Shown in pieces: positions 1-9,229 of a stretch of DNA of 64,000 bases. The stretch covers positions 53,445 to 117,444 of the forward strand of contig PFCD01000001.1 in NCBI GenBank assembly GCA_002778455.1. Reading direction: 5' to 3'. How positions within the stretch are numbered: the first letter of the stretch is position 1; each line of letters starts with the position of its first letter. The translations under genes and the position numbers were made by a program. Below the pieces are notes generated by a model. That model worked only from the letters and a program-made list of their open reading frames with translations. It did not search any database and had not been told where the DNA came from. This stretch comes from Candidatus Micrarchaeota archaeon CG10_big_fil_rev_8_21_14_0_10_45_29. Lineage in GTDB: Archaea; Micrarchaeota; Micrarchaeia; Anstonellales; Anstonellaceae.

Positions 1-451
1 TGCCACCATGCACGCAGACAATGCGCAGGAGACAATAACCCGCCTCACAACTCCGCCAATAAACATACCGCGCGAGACGATAGATTCTCTTGCAGGAATT
101 GTGGTGCAATTCCGGCACAGGCGCCTTAACATCCGCCGCACACTCGAATTTGCGGAAGTGAGAAAAGGAGGGGGCTTAAACGTGCTCTCGCGCTGGGACC
201 TTAAAAAAGACAAAATAATGGATGTGGGGGAAATGGACGTTCTTGCAAGCACCCTAAACCTTTACTCAGGGCTCACAAAAAAGGAAATAGATTCTGACAT
301 TGCCGAAAAATCAGACATACTAAAATGGATGGTAAGGAAAAAATACAGGGGCGTAAATTCTGTCGGCTCAATCGTTTCCCACTATTACATGAATCCGGAA
401 GAAGTGGTTGCCGCCGCCGCAAAGGACGTTAACTGGGCTTTTGAGGCATAA
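1..451 (+). CDS. C-terminal fragment of a FlaI/TadA/GspE-family type IV pilus/archaellum assembly ATPase (5' end lies outside the window)
   Basis: The ORF is open to the window edge. The C-terminal tail ('ETITRLTTPPINIPRETIDSLAGIVVQ...ILKWMVRKKY...SHYYMNPEEVV') resembles FlaI/GspE C-terminal regions. The next gene starts 6 nt downstream. Confidence 0.55.
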   Translation, partial: ATMHADNAQETITRLTTPPINIPRETIDSLAGIVVQFRHRRLNIRRTLEFAEVRKGGGLNVLSRWDLKKDKIMDVGEMDVLASTLNLYSGLTKKEIDSDIAEKSDILKWMVRKKYRGVNSVGSIVSHYYMNPEEVVAAAAKDVNWAFEA

Positions 452-456
452 TCGTT

Positions 457-3045
457 ATGGGTGATGAAGAGGGGGGCGCATTCCCTGAAATCGGGGCTAA
501 TTCAGCCGGAATAAAAAAAGGCAATCTTGATGCAAAGGCAGCCGATGCCGCGCTTGATGACAAGCGACTTGGCAGCTCTATCTCCCTTCCCCTCACCCAG
601 CTCATACGCGAGGCAAAAACAATTGAAAAAAACGCCTTCGCGCCGCAAACTCCCTCTTTTGACTTTCACGCATCCCCTTCTTTGCCGGAGCAGCCATTTG
701 AGCAAATGGAATTTAATTCCGCATTCGCAATCGCAATGCGCATGGAAGGCGCATCAAAAAAGCGCGGCTCAATAATAAGCACCGCCCCGCCCGTAAAAGA
801 GGATAGCGGAATAGAGCAGGAGCTAAAAGTTTTCGGCAAAATGCCTGCAAAAGACGCGGGCAGCGAAATAGGGATGAGCCCGCAGCAGGCATCCCAATAT
901 TCGCCGCAAAAAAAGCCGGGAATGTTTTCCTCCTTTTTGCAAAAATTCAAATTCACAAAAAAGAAAAAGCCAAACATCGCGCCTCCCCCGTTTACTCCTC
1001 TTGCGCCAGCCTCAAAAGCGCAGGCGCACGGCTCGCCACAGCAAACCTCGTGGCAGCCATCCACATCAACCCCATTATCAAAAACCCCTTCAGCCTCTTC
1101 CTCTTCCATGCAGAAAGCCGGTGAAGCTGAAAATTCGCAGCAGATGCCAAAAAAGAAATTATTCGGGCTTTTCGGGGCAAAAAAAACCCCTCCCCAAAAA
1201 CAGGCAGAGCAAAAAGATGCACCACCACCTTCCCCCAGCCCTTCTTACCCTCCCCAAATTCCCCAATATAAAAACATGGGAGAGCCTGCCGCAAAAGGGC
1301 AGCAAAGCGATTTTTCAGAGGAAAAAAACAAATCTCAGCAAGCAGGCGTGCAAGAGAAGCCAGGCTCCCCTCCGCCGCCTCCAGGCATTTATTCTGGCCC
1401 GCATTATTCCCCTTCCCCCGCGCAAATGCCGAAGCCTTCGCAAAAATTAAGAAAAGAGCTTGAGCAGATTGACCCAAAGAAAAAGGCAAAGGCATCAATT
1501 TTCGGAGGGCTTGGCACCCCTCCCAAAAGGAAGATGCCTGAAAAGAAGCAGGATGATGGGGATGATGACACTGGTGATGATGAGGGGGGAATGCGCGAAT
1601 ACGACGAATCAAATGCGGAAAAAGCGCAGAATTCAGGCTTCTCATCCCCGATAATAACCCCCAAGCCTGCAGGGCGCAAAATTTATTCTTCCCAATCAGT
1701 CTCGCAGATGGGAGCAGGCTCTTCACAGGGAGAAGATTCCTCCTTTGCAGAGGCAAGCGGCGGGCAAAAAATGCAGGGCGCAGCCATTAACAGGGAAAGC
1801 GGCTATGAAAAAGAAATCTCCCCCCCTCAAAAAAGCGCGCAAGAAAAAACCAAGCAGGATTTCGGGCTTTCCACCCTCTCAAACGCGCTAAAGGCCGCAA
1901 CAAGCCCTGCAAAAGGGAAAAGCGAAATTTCAGAGCAGCCAAAAACGCCCGCAAGCGCGCAATTAATGCAGCAAAAGAAAACTTCAAAGCCGCGCTTAAG
2001 CGGATATGGGACTCCTTCCGACTCATTTTCTCCCATAAGCGAGATTGAAACCCATTACAGCTCAAGGGAAAGCGCAGCTTCTGCTAAAAAAACGCAAACG
2101 CCTGCCTCAAGCGGCGTTCCGGCTACACCTGAGGCGCGCGAAGAGGGAATTTCCGAAAAAAATAAAGGCACATTAAAATTCTCGCAAAAAAGAAAAATTT
2201 CTCCCCTTCCAAAAAAGAAAACTTTGGAAGCCGAGCAAACGCAAGGCAAGGAAAACATTTCAGAAGCGCCCGAGCCTCCGAAGAAAAAAGCAAAAATTTC
2301 CCCGCCCGCGCAAAAGAGCCAGAAAGCAAAAATTCCCCCCCGCGCAAGCCAAAGCGCCGAAGATGATGAGGGGGGCGCCTCCTCATTGGATGAGCTTGAG
2401 CAGGCGGCAGGCGAGCTTGGGGGAGATGAGAAAAAACAAGCCGCGCCTTCCCCTCAAAAAACAAACAAGGTTTCCCCTCTTGCAAGCAGGCTTGGAATTT
2501 CCCGCACCTCGCAAAAGAAAACTCTTGCGCAGCCGCAGGAGCAAACAGCAAAAAAAGCCGTGCAACCGGGGAAGGAAAACCCCCCTTCCGCAAGAAAAAA
2601 GCCGCAGCAGGAAGATGAGGATGAAGATGAAGGGGATGGCGAAGGCGGAGGGGCTTCCGCCCCCGCAAGAAAAAAAACACTGCGCCCAGCGCAGCAGGAA
2701 GATGAGGATGAAGATGAAGGCGGCGGAGAAGGCGCGCATGCTGTAAGCTCGCGCATCTCGCAAAAGGCGGACGACATCCTCTCTGCCCCGAAAAAAGAAA
2801 AAGAAAAAGAGTCTGCTTCAAAAAACGACGACATCCTCTTTGCATACGCAAAAGAGAGGCACAAATGGATTTATGAAATTTACAAGATGGGCGGGATGAC
2901 TTTGGAGGAATTCCGCTCAAAAATGAATGAGAAAATGTCTCAGGATGAGAGCGGCTCAAAAGGCGATAATGAGAGGGAAGATGAAAAAGACAACTCTGCT
3001 TTTTCAAATCTTGACGCTGCCGCAAACAAGAAGTTTAAAAAATGA
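457..3045 (+). CDS. 862-aa low-complexity K/P/S/E/Q/A-rich protein, predicted intrinsically disordered, with internal acidic DEDEDEG repeats
   Basis: There is one continuous 2.6-kb ORF that starts 6 nt after the upstream ATPase stop. The composition is strongly biased: PPPSPSPSYPP, KKK runs, and two copies of 'PQQEDEDEDEG(D)GEGG'. It has no TM segments and matches no recognisable domain. The opposite-strand ORFs in this span are shadow ORFs. Confidence 0.5.
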   Translation: MGDEEGGAFPEIGANSAGIKKGNLDAKAADAALDDKRLGSSISLPLTQLIREAKTIEKNAFAPQTPSFDFHASPSLPEQPFEQMEFNSAFAIAMRMEGASKKRGSIISTAPPVKEDSGIEQELKVFGKMPAKDAGSEIGMSPQQASQYSPQKKPGMFSSFLQKFKFTKKKKPNIAPPPFTPLAPASKAQAHGSPQQTSWQPSTSTPLSKTPSASSSSMQKAGEAENSQQMPKKKLFGLFGAKKTPPQKQAEQKDAPPPSPSPSYPPQIPQYKNMGEPAAKGQQSDFSEEKNKSQQAGVQEKPGSPPPPPGIYSGPHYSPSPAQMPKPSQKLRKELEQIDPKKKAKASIFGGLGTPPKRKMPEKKQDDGDDDTGDDEGGMREYDESNAEKAQNSGFSSPIITPKPAGRKIYSSQSVSQMGAGSSQGEDSSFAEASGGQKMQGAAINRESGYEKEISPPQKSAQEKTKQDFGLSTLSNALKAATSPAKGKSEISEQPKTPASAQLMQQKKTSKPRLSGYGTPSDSFSPISEIETHYSSRESAASAKKTQTPASSGVPATPEAREEGISEKNKGTLKFSQKRKISPLPKKKTLEAEQTQGKENISEAPEPPKKKAKISPPAQKSQKAKIPPRASQSAEDDEGGASSLDELEQAAGELGGDEKKQAAPSPQKTNKVSPLASRLGISRTSQKKTLAQPQEQTAKKAVQPGKENPPSARKKPQQEDEDEDEGDGEGGGASAPARKKTLRPAQQEDEDEDEGGGEGAHAVSSRISQKADDILSAPKKEKEKESASKNDDILFAYAKERHKWIYEIYKMGGMTLEEFRSKMNEKMSQDESGSKGDNEREDEKDNSAFSNLDAAANKKFKK

Positions 3046-3065
3046 TAAAGGGCTGGTAGAAGGGT

Positions 3066-3995
3066 ATGAAGATGCGAAAAAAAACACAAAAGCAAAAAGA
3101 CGAGGCGCCTGCCCCGTATGTGAGCACGCCGCTAAGGCATTCTTTTTCCGATTCCTCCCCGTTTGCAAACCTTTTCAAGTCAATAGCCTCGCGCCTTCCT
3201 TCCCTGCAGCGCAACCTTGACATGGCGGAAATGGACGCGCATGCGCCAGAGTTTGTAAAAAAGAGCCTCATAAGCGCCCTCTTTTTCACAATAGTGCTTG
3301 AGGCGATAATTCTCTGGGCAGCCATATCTGCCGGAACAAGCGCCCTTTTGCTAATAGGCGCCGCCCTTCTCACAACCGTTGTTATATTTTTGACAATGTT
3401 TAACATGGGCATAAACCAGCCCAAGCTCAAAATAATAAGGCGCGGAAAAGAAATAGACAAGGAAATAGTTTTTTGCGGCCGCCATCTTCTAATAGAATTG
3501 CGCTCGGGGGTAACCCTATTTGACGCCATGCTCGGAGTGTCCGAGGATTACGGGGAGGTAAGCAAGGAATTTAACAAGATAGTTGAAAAAATAACGCTGG
3601 GGGTTCCCTCCTCCGTCGCGTTGCATGATGTCGCCTCCCAGTCTCCCTCCTCCTATTTCAAGCGCGTTGTATTGCAGATAGCAAACTCCATAGCATCCGG
3701 CTCGGACATAGGGGACTCTTTGGAGGCGGTCCTTAACCAGGTTGCAAAAGAGCAGATAATACAGCTAAAGGAATATGGGCAAAAGCTAAACCCGCTTGTT
3801 ATGTTTTACATGCTTTTTGGAATAATTATTCCCTCAATAGGAGTCGCCTTCATGATAATAGTTTTCTCTGTAGTGGGCGCCGGCTTTGAGGCAATCGGAA
3901 CAACTCTTATTGCAGGCGTATTCGCCCTTGTGGCAATAATGCAGTTTCTTTTCCTTACTGTGGCTGAAAACGCAAGGCCCAACTTTGACTTATAG
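3066..3995 (+). CDS. TadC/FlaJ-like membrane protein with a T2SS-F domain (pilus assembly platform subunit)
   Basis: It has N-terminal and C-terminal TM helix clusters flanking a cytoplasmic T2SSF-like helical segment ('GVTLFDAMLGVSEDYGEVSKEFNKIVEKITLGVPSSVALHD'). It sits between a secretion ATPase gene and a pilin gene. Confidence 0.55.
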   Translation: MKMRKKTQKQKDEAPAPYVSTPLRHSFSDSSPFANLFKSIASRLPSLQRNLDMAEMDAHAPEFVKKSLISALFFTIVLEAIILWAAISAGTSALLLIGAALLTTVVIFLTMFNMGINQPKLKIIRRGKEIDKEIVFCGRHLLIELRSGVTLFDAMLGVSEDYGEVSKEFNKIVEKITLGVPSSVALHDVASQSPSSYFKRVVLQIANSIASGSDIGDSLEAVLNQVAKEQIIQLKEYGQKLNPLVMFYMLFGIIIPSIGVAFMIIVFSVVGAGFEAIGTTLIAGVFALVAIMQFLFLTVAENARPNFDL

Positions 3996-4003
3996 GTGCG
4001 ATT

Positions 4004-5074
4004 ATGGCAAACTCATCATACGAAATAATAGGGCGCGGCTTTGGAAGGGAGAAAATAAAGGCTTTCGGAATCTTCCTAAAAAGCGGGGGCTTTAAGGTTG
4101 CCCCTGAAAAATTTGCAGGGCTTTACATTGTGCTCGGCTTTCTTGCCGCACTGCTTGCATCTATTCTTTTCCTTACGCTTGATTCGCTTCGCGCATATAT
4201 ATTCAAGCTGGCGCTCTTTACCATGCGCCCGCTGGCAGTGGATTTCTCATTCACCGTGCCTGCCCTTACCCTAATCTTATGCTTTGCAGGGGTATTCACC
4301 TTTTTCGCCCTTCTCATATATGTGGTGGTAATACTTTCCGCAGATTCTAGGCGCAACAAGGTGGAGGCGGTATTGCCTGACTTTCTTATTTTGGCAGCCG
4401 CCAACTCACGCGCAGGCATGACGGTCGACCAGGCGCTCTGGCATGCGGCAAAGCCAGAATTCGGGCTTCTCTCCGATGAGGTGCAAATAGTTGCAAAAAG
4501 GGCATTCGGAGGAGTCCCATTCGGCGAGGCGATAGACCATCTTGCATACAGCTTTAATTCCAAAATAATAAGGCGCACAGTATCCCTCATAAAACAGGGG
4601 CTTGCCTCAGGCAGCCAAATAGCCGTAATACTTGACCGCACAGCCGCAGACGCGCGCGACATGCAGATAATAAGGCGCGACATTGCCGCCTCCCTCCTTA
4701 TGTATGTAATTTTCATAGTATTTGCAGCCGCAATAGGCACTCCTTTCCTTTTTGCAGTTGCGGCAAAGCTTGTTGCTTTGATGGAAAACGTTTTTGCAGA
4801 CATCCCTACTGCGGATGAGCTCTCCTCATTCGGCGGCTCCACATTTATCCAGCCCCAGCCGCCAATAGTTACAAGCGAGCAATTTTTCATATTCGTGCTT
4901 CTCTCACTTGTGCTCACATCCATTACCGCCTCTCTTCTCATAGGCGTAATACAAAAAGGCAAATCCCGCGAAGGGGTAAAATATTTGCCATTTATACTGG
5001 TGGTGGGGCTTGTGCTTTTCTTTGTGGTAACCGAGCTTGTCACCTCCGTAATGGCAGGGCTTGGCGCGGGGTAG
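4004..5074 (+). CDS. Second TadC/FlaJ-like T2SS-F domain membrane protein
   Basis: It has multiple TM helices and a T2SSF-like segment ('SRAGMTVDQALWHAAKPEFGLLSDEVQIVAKRAFGGVPFGEAIDHLA'). It is tandem with the previous gene. Confidence 0.55.
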   Translation: MANSSYEIIGRGFGREKIKAFGIFLKSGGFKVAPEKFAGLYIVLGFLAALLASILFLTLDSLRAYIFKLALFTMRPLAVDFSFTVPALTLILCFAGVFTFFALLIYVVVILSADSRRNKVEAVLPDFLILAAANSRAGMTVDQALWHAAKPEFGLLSDEVQIVAKRAFGGVPFGEAIDHLAYSFNSKIIRRTVSLIKQGLASGSQIAVILDRTAADARDMQIIRRDIAASLLMYVIFIVFAAAIGTPFLFAVAAKLVALMENVFADIPTADELSSFGGSTFIQPQPPIVTSEQFFIFVLLSLVLTSITASLLIGVIQKGKSREGVKYLPFILVVGLVLFFVVTELVTSVMAGLGAG

Positions 5075-5127
5075 GCATATGTTTTTATACTTCGGCTCGT
5101 TTAACGGGGTTAATATATTGAGGTGGT

Positions 5128-5652
5128 ATGGTGTTTAATTCTCTAAAAGGCCAATCAGCCATGGAATATTTGATGACTTATGGCTGGGCTTTGCTTGTAA
5201 TTGCAATTGTTGTAGCAGTATTGTGGGTAATCTGGCCCGGCGGGGCAATCGACTCCTGCCTTTTCCAGGACCCCGGCTTCACATGCGAGGGGCACAGGAT
5301 AACAAGCGGCGACATTCTTTATGCAAAAATAACTAACGGCAACCACAAGACAATAAAGAATGTGCAGGTTGCATGCATAAAGGGAAGCGCAAGGCCTGAC
5401 AAAACAAGGTATGTCCCGCTTGCAAGCACCACTCTTCCAAACGGAGAATCCTTTAACACTGGCACAGGGGTAGGAACAACAGACGGCGCAATAAAATGCG
5501 TTAATTCTGACGGCACTTCTCTTGATTTGCAGCTTGGAGAGAGCTTCAACGGCAGGCTTTACATAATGTTCAACTATGCCGACGATGACTCTGACATCCC
5601 AGGAAAAGTGGCTGTTGCAAACGTGCTTGGCACAGTGCAGGAAGGCAAGTAA
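5128..5652 (+). CDS. Archaeal type IV pilin-like protein with a class III (prepilin) signal peptide
   Basis: The N-terminus 'MVFNSLKGQS|AMEYLMTYGWALLVIAIVVAVLWVI' has a KGQ-S/A prepilin-peptidase site followed by a hydrophobic helix (the DUF361-type archaeal pilin N-terminus). An SD-like 'gaggtgg' lies 1 nt before the ATG, and a T-rich tract follows the stop. Confidence 0.6.
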   Translation: MVFNSLKGQSAMEYLMTYGWALLVIAIVVAVLWVIWPGGAIDSCLFQDPGFTCEGHRITSGDILYAKITNGNHKTIKNVQVACIKGSARPDKTRYVPLASTTLPNGESFNTGTGVGTTDGAIKCVNSDGTSLDLQLGESFNGRLYIMFNYADDDSDIPGKVAVANVLGTVQEGK

Positions 5653-5828
5653 TTTTTTTCTTTTAATTCTTTTTTTCTTTTGTTTTTTCAGTTACCTTAG
5701 CTTTTTTATTTTATTTCTTTTTTCCAGTTACTTTTCTTTGTTTATTCTTCTTCCCCTAATTTTTTCTCTTTCTACTTTTATTTCAAAACAAGCTTTCTCT
5801 GCCTAGGCTCATCATTTTGCCAAATTAT
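5653..5828 (+). terminator. ~170-bp almost pure polypyrimidine (T/C) tract between convergent genes; likely archaeal oligo-T terminator region
   Basis: The sequence 'taatttttttcttttaattctttttttcttttgttttttc...' contains multiple T5-T8 runs immediately after the pilin stop. Confidence 0.45.
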
Positions 5829-7382
5829 TTATTTTCCTTTTTTCACTTCCTTATAAGTCCTATACTTTCTTATACCCCGCCTCCCATGCCTTCTCTCAAG
5901 CGTGGCGCCTATGAGCAGCACCACCATTATGGAGAGAAGCGTAATTATCATTGTGGGGTTATACCTATAAACAGGAAAAGTGGTTGAGAGCGCCTCAAAC
6001 CCGTCCATTATTGCCGTAATATTAAATATCGAATGAAGCACTATTGCGGTGGCAACCCCTGGGACAAATATTACCGCAGACAATTTGCCCCAGCTGTGAT
6101 GCTCTTTTGCCCACCCCAGCGTCGCTCCCAGCGTTCCGCTAAAGCATGCGTGCGCAATTGAATTGAAAAAGCTTCTATAAATTATTATCCCTGCCCATGC
6201 CCCAATTCCCATTTGCAAAGGGTCTGTTTTTGAGGCAAAATAAAGCCAATTCTCAACAAAGGCAAACCCAAGCCCTGTGGCAAGCCCCAAATGAAGCCCG
6301 TGCAAAGTATCGCAATATTCATGGTGGGTTGAGAGCCCAAGAAGCCCCAGCCCTTTTAGCACCTCTTCAATAACCGGCGCAATTACAGCCGTTGTAAGAA
6401 GTATTGCCCCCGCGCTTCCAAGCCCGAAAAATTCGCTTAGCGCCTGCGCCTGATATGAATTTATAATAAGGGACGCAACTGCGGCGCTTATGCCCCACAC
6501 AAATGCGCCCCCCAAAAACCGCAAAGGCATCTTCTCCACAAGCTCATTATATATCCAAATGAGGGCAAAATACACCACAGGCATGAAAAGCGCGCCCAAA
6601 AACGTCAGCGCCATTATCGCAACATTCTCACCTTGGGCGGATTTTGCTATTATTGCCGCTATTATGATAAGAAGCAAAACCTCAAGCGCCCAAAAAAGAG
6701 GATTTATCAAAACCCCCGCGATTATCTGCCCTATATCTTTTCCCTTAATAACCGGCAAAAAGAAAGTTTTCATAGTATATTCTTTTTTGTATTTTGAGTT
6801 CGCCTTGCTCCTATATGCCCATTCCGAGAGTACAAGAAGCAAAAATATGATAAAGCCTGCCAAAGCAGGTATGATTACCTGCGCCCCTTCAAACAAAATC
6901 CTATTTTGCTCCTTCTCATACTCGCCCCAATTTTCATCAACATCAAAATATTGCCCAAGCGGCACCGCTCCCCCGGTGGCAACAACCGCGTATTGGGTGG
7001 AAGAGCGGCTTTTTCCAGCATAGCTTGCCTCAAAATAAACAATATATTTCTCGCTTCCCCCCGGCTGCACAAGCCCGAGCACTTTTTGCGCCCTCCACTC
7101 TCCGTCATCCTCTTTTTTAAGCAAATAAACTATCAAGTCATTATCATAATAATTTGAAACCCATATGCGCGCAGTTATTTTCGTGGGGGTGTAATTAAGC
7201 GCATTTTGCTCCACTTCAATATTTGCAGGCAATCCGTATGCAAAATCCTCCAAATTTGTAATATTTGCAGCATGCGCAACACTCACCGCCTGCAAAAAAA
7301 GAAAGATAAAAAATAAGGCTGGCAGAAGCGGCGCGCCAGAGCGCCCATTCTTCCCACTTTTCAAAAGCATAATTTCCCTCAT
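5829..7382 (-). CDS. PrsW-family intramembrane metalloprotease-like protein with an N-terminal extracytoplasmic domain
   Basis: It has a signal/TM segment plus about 8 TM helices. PrsW-type motifs are present: 'APVIEEVLKGLG' (EExxK), 'FAFVENWLYF' and 'NSIAHACFSGTLG' (HxxxxxxG). The likely start is the ATG at 7380-7382, which overlaps the upstream stop as ATGA; the ORF track extends it to 7460. Confidence 0.5.
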   Translation of the reverse strand: MREIMLLKSGKNGRSGAPLLPALFFIFLFLQAVSVAHAANITNLEDFAYGLPANIEVEQNALNYTPTKITARIWVSNYYDNDLIVYLLKKEDDGEWRAQKVLGLVQPGGSEKYIVYFEASYAGKSRSSTQYAVVATGGAVPLGQYFDVDENWGEYEKEQNRILFEGAQVIIPALAGFIIFLLLVLSEWAYRSKANSKYKKEYTMKTFFLPVIKGKDIGQIIAGVLINPLFWALEVLLLIIIAAIIAKSAQGENVAIMALTFLGALFMPVVYFALIWIYNELVEKMPLRFLGGAFVWGISAAVASLIINSYQAQALSEFFGLGSAGAILLTTAVIAPVIEEVLKGLGLLGLSTHHEYCDTLHGLHLGLATGLGFAFVENWLYFASKTDPLQMGIGAWAGIIIYRSFFNSIAHACFSGTLGATLGWAKEHHSWGKLSAVIFVPGVATAIVLHSIFNITAIMDGFEALSTTFPVYRYNPTMIITLLSIMVVLLIGATLERRHGRRGIRKYRTYKEVKKGK

Positions 7383-9073
7383 ACGGGAATAAGCCCCCTT
7401 ACCAAAAGCATTGCAAGCCCGGCATATTTCAAGAAATATACTATCCCCTTGTCCCACCACTCATTTTTTCTTTTGATTACTTTTATAAGCGGCTTGAAAG
7501 CATCTCTTTCCGCAACTCCTAATTTGCTGTCGCTGATTTTTGTGTGCTCTTTGCCGTCCACTACTGATTTTTCCTCAATTTTGCCAATCTGCTTGTTTGC
7601 CTGCGCATACCAGGGGGGCAAAGTGGACTGCTTTTTCATAATTGCATTAAAGTAATCCATTGCTGTAATTTTTCTCTGCTTTCCGGTTTTAAACGCAATT
7701 CTCCAGGGAATTGCAGCCGCCTCTTCTGTAAGCGCTTTTAGGTCTGCCGCGGCATACCCCAAAGTGGCAAAAGCCATAAAGCTCCATGGCATCACGCCTG
7801 CCAAAGGAAGTTTTTTTGCATGCAGCTTAAGTATCTCTTTTCTTGAGGTAAAATCCGGCTCGGGAATATAAATGGTTTTTCCAAACCTTCCCGAGCGGCG
7901 CAAAGCAGGGTCAACATCCCACGGAGCGTTTGTGGCTCCGATAACAAGCACATTGGCGTTGTCTGCCTCCATTCCGTCCATCTCGTATAAAAGCTGGTTT
8001 ACCGCCATTTTCATATACTGCGCCGAGCCGCTCATCTCCTCACGCCTTCCCCCCAGCGCCTCAACTTCGTCAAAGAAAATAATGCATGGCGCGTTTTTTC
8101 TCCCAGTCTCAAAAATATTGTGCAAATTTTTCTCAGTCTGCCCAACATACATGTCAACAATGTCCGAGACTTTTGCGTTAATAAAAGCCGACGAGCACTC
8201 CCCCGCCGTCGCCTTTACAATAAATGTTTTTCCGCATCCTGGGGGGCCGTAAAGCAATATTCCCCCTCCTCCCATCTTGCCGTATTTTCTTGCCAGCTCC
8301 GGCTGCACAAGCGGATAAACCGCAGCTTCATTAATTTCCTCTTTCATTTTTCTCATGCCTGCAACATCCTTGAAATTCATTTTCGGCTTTGAGAGTAATT
8401 TCACGGGGTTTATTCCCTGTGGCTGCTGCCCCGGCGCACCGCCTGCGGGGTTTTCAGGCCCGCCCGGCGCCCCCGGAGCCGGCCCTCCTGCGCTTTGCTT
8501 TGCTTTTGCAATTTCAAGATGGTTTTTCGCCTCGTCAAAGCCGGGATTCAGCTCTATCGCCTTCTCATAATCCTTTATCGCATCATCAAGCTTATTCTGG
8601 TAATCAAAGGCAAGCCCGCGAATATGGTATGCTTCTGAAAAAGAGGGATTTATTTCCACTACCTGGGTAAAATCCTCAACCGCCTTCTCATATTCCTGCT
8701 GGCAGGCGTATGCAAGCCCCCTGTTGTAAAATGCTTTCAAATATTTCTTATTTAGCGAGAGCGCCTTGTCATAATCTGATATGGCGTTTGCAAAATCCTG
8801 CTTTCTGTAATACGCATCTCCCCTGTTATTGTAAATTACGGGGTTTTTCGGGTCCAATTCCGCGGACTTTGAATAATCGTCTATGCTTTTGTCAAATCTT
8901 TTTAAATTATAATAGCAAAGCCCCCTGTTGAAATAGCTTTCGCTAAAAGTGGGGTTAAGTATAATAGCCATATTATAATTTTCAATCGCCTTATCATACT
9001 CCCCTTTCTCAAAAAGCTGGTTGCCTTTATGGTAATACGTCCTTGCGTCTGTAGGGTTCGGCTTATCTACCAT
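7379..9073 (-). CDS. TPR-repeat protein fused to a single AAA+ ATPase domain
   Basis: The N-terminal region has repeated TPR motifs ('YYNRGLCYYNLKRFDKSIDDYSKSAELDPKN', 'AYHIRGLAFDYQNKLDDAIKDYEKAIELNP'). Walker A 'LLYGPPGCGKTF' and Walker B 'IIFFDEVEAL' are present, followed by an SRH-like segment. Confidence 0.8.
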   Translation of the reverse strand: MVDKPNPTDARTYYHKGNQLFEKGEYDKAIENYNMAIILNPTFSESYFNRGLCYYNLKRFDKSIDDYSKSAELDPKNPVIYNNRGDAYYRKQDFANAISDYDKALSLNKKYLKAFYNRGLAYACQQEYEKAVEDFTQVVEINPSFSEAYHIRGLAFDYQNKLDDAIKDYEKAIELNPGFDEAKNHLEIAKAKQSAGGPAPGAPGGPENPAGGAPGQQPQGINPVKLLSKPKMNFKDVAGMRKMKEEINEAAVYPLVQPELARKYGKMGGGGILLYGPPGCGKTFIVKATAGECSSAFINAKVSDIVDMYVGQTEKNLHNIFETGRKNAPCIIFFDEVEALGGRREEMSGSAQYMKMAVNQLLYEMDGMEADNANVLVIGATNAPWDVDPALRRSGRFGKTIYIPEPDFTSRKEILKLHAKKLPLAGVMPWSFMAFATLGYAAADLKALTEEAAAIPWRIAFKTGKQRKITAMDYFNAIMKKQSTLPPWYAQANKQIGKIEEKSVVDGKEHTKISDSKLGVAERDAFKPLIKVIKRKNEWWDKGIVYFLKYAGLAMLLVRGLIPV

Positions 9074-9229
9074 AGAATATCACTTAATTTATTACTCCTC
9101 TATCCTCTGAGCATTTAAAAATCTAATCAGTAACCCCCTCGCGGGCTATTCTTATTATAGATATGTCTCATAATAAGCTTAACTCAAAGAAAAAGGGGCG
9201 TTCACCCCAAAGAATTAACTTAATTTCCC

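Noticed and set aside
992-3025. Long minus-strand ORFs (992..1756, 2123..3025, 2454..2864) inside the 862-aa low-complexity gene
   Set aside because: They are shadow ORFs created by the biased, repeat-rich composition. The plus-strand ORF is continuous and operon-coupled.
5576-5806. 76-aa ORF 'MPTMTLTSQEKWLL...FFLLILFFF' in the polypyrimidine tract
   Set aside because: It is a translation artefact of a T/C-only tract (poly-Phe/Leu/Ser). The region is intergenic and terminator-like.
9074-9229. Searched intergenic gaps (9074..9229, 18674..18797, 23049..23203, 35539..35725, 39688..39834, 46244..46355, 56226..56435, 58837..58958) for tRNA-like cloverleaf signatures (GTTCRANYC T-loop)
   Set aside because: No convincing tRNA or rRNA signatures were found by eye. 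Covariance-model tools would be needed to be sure.
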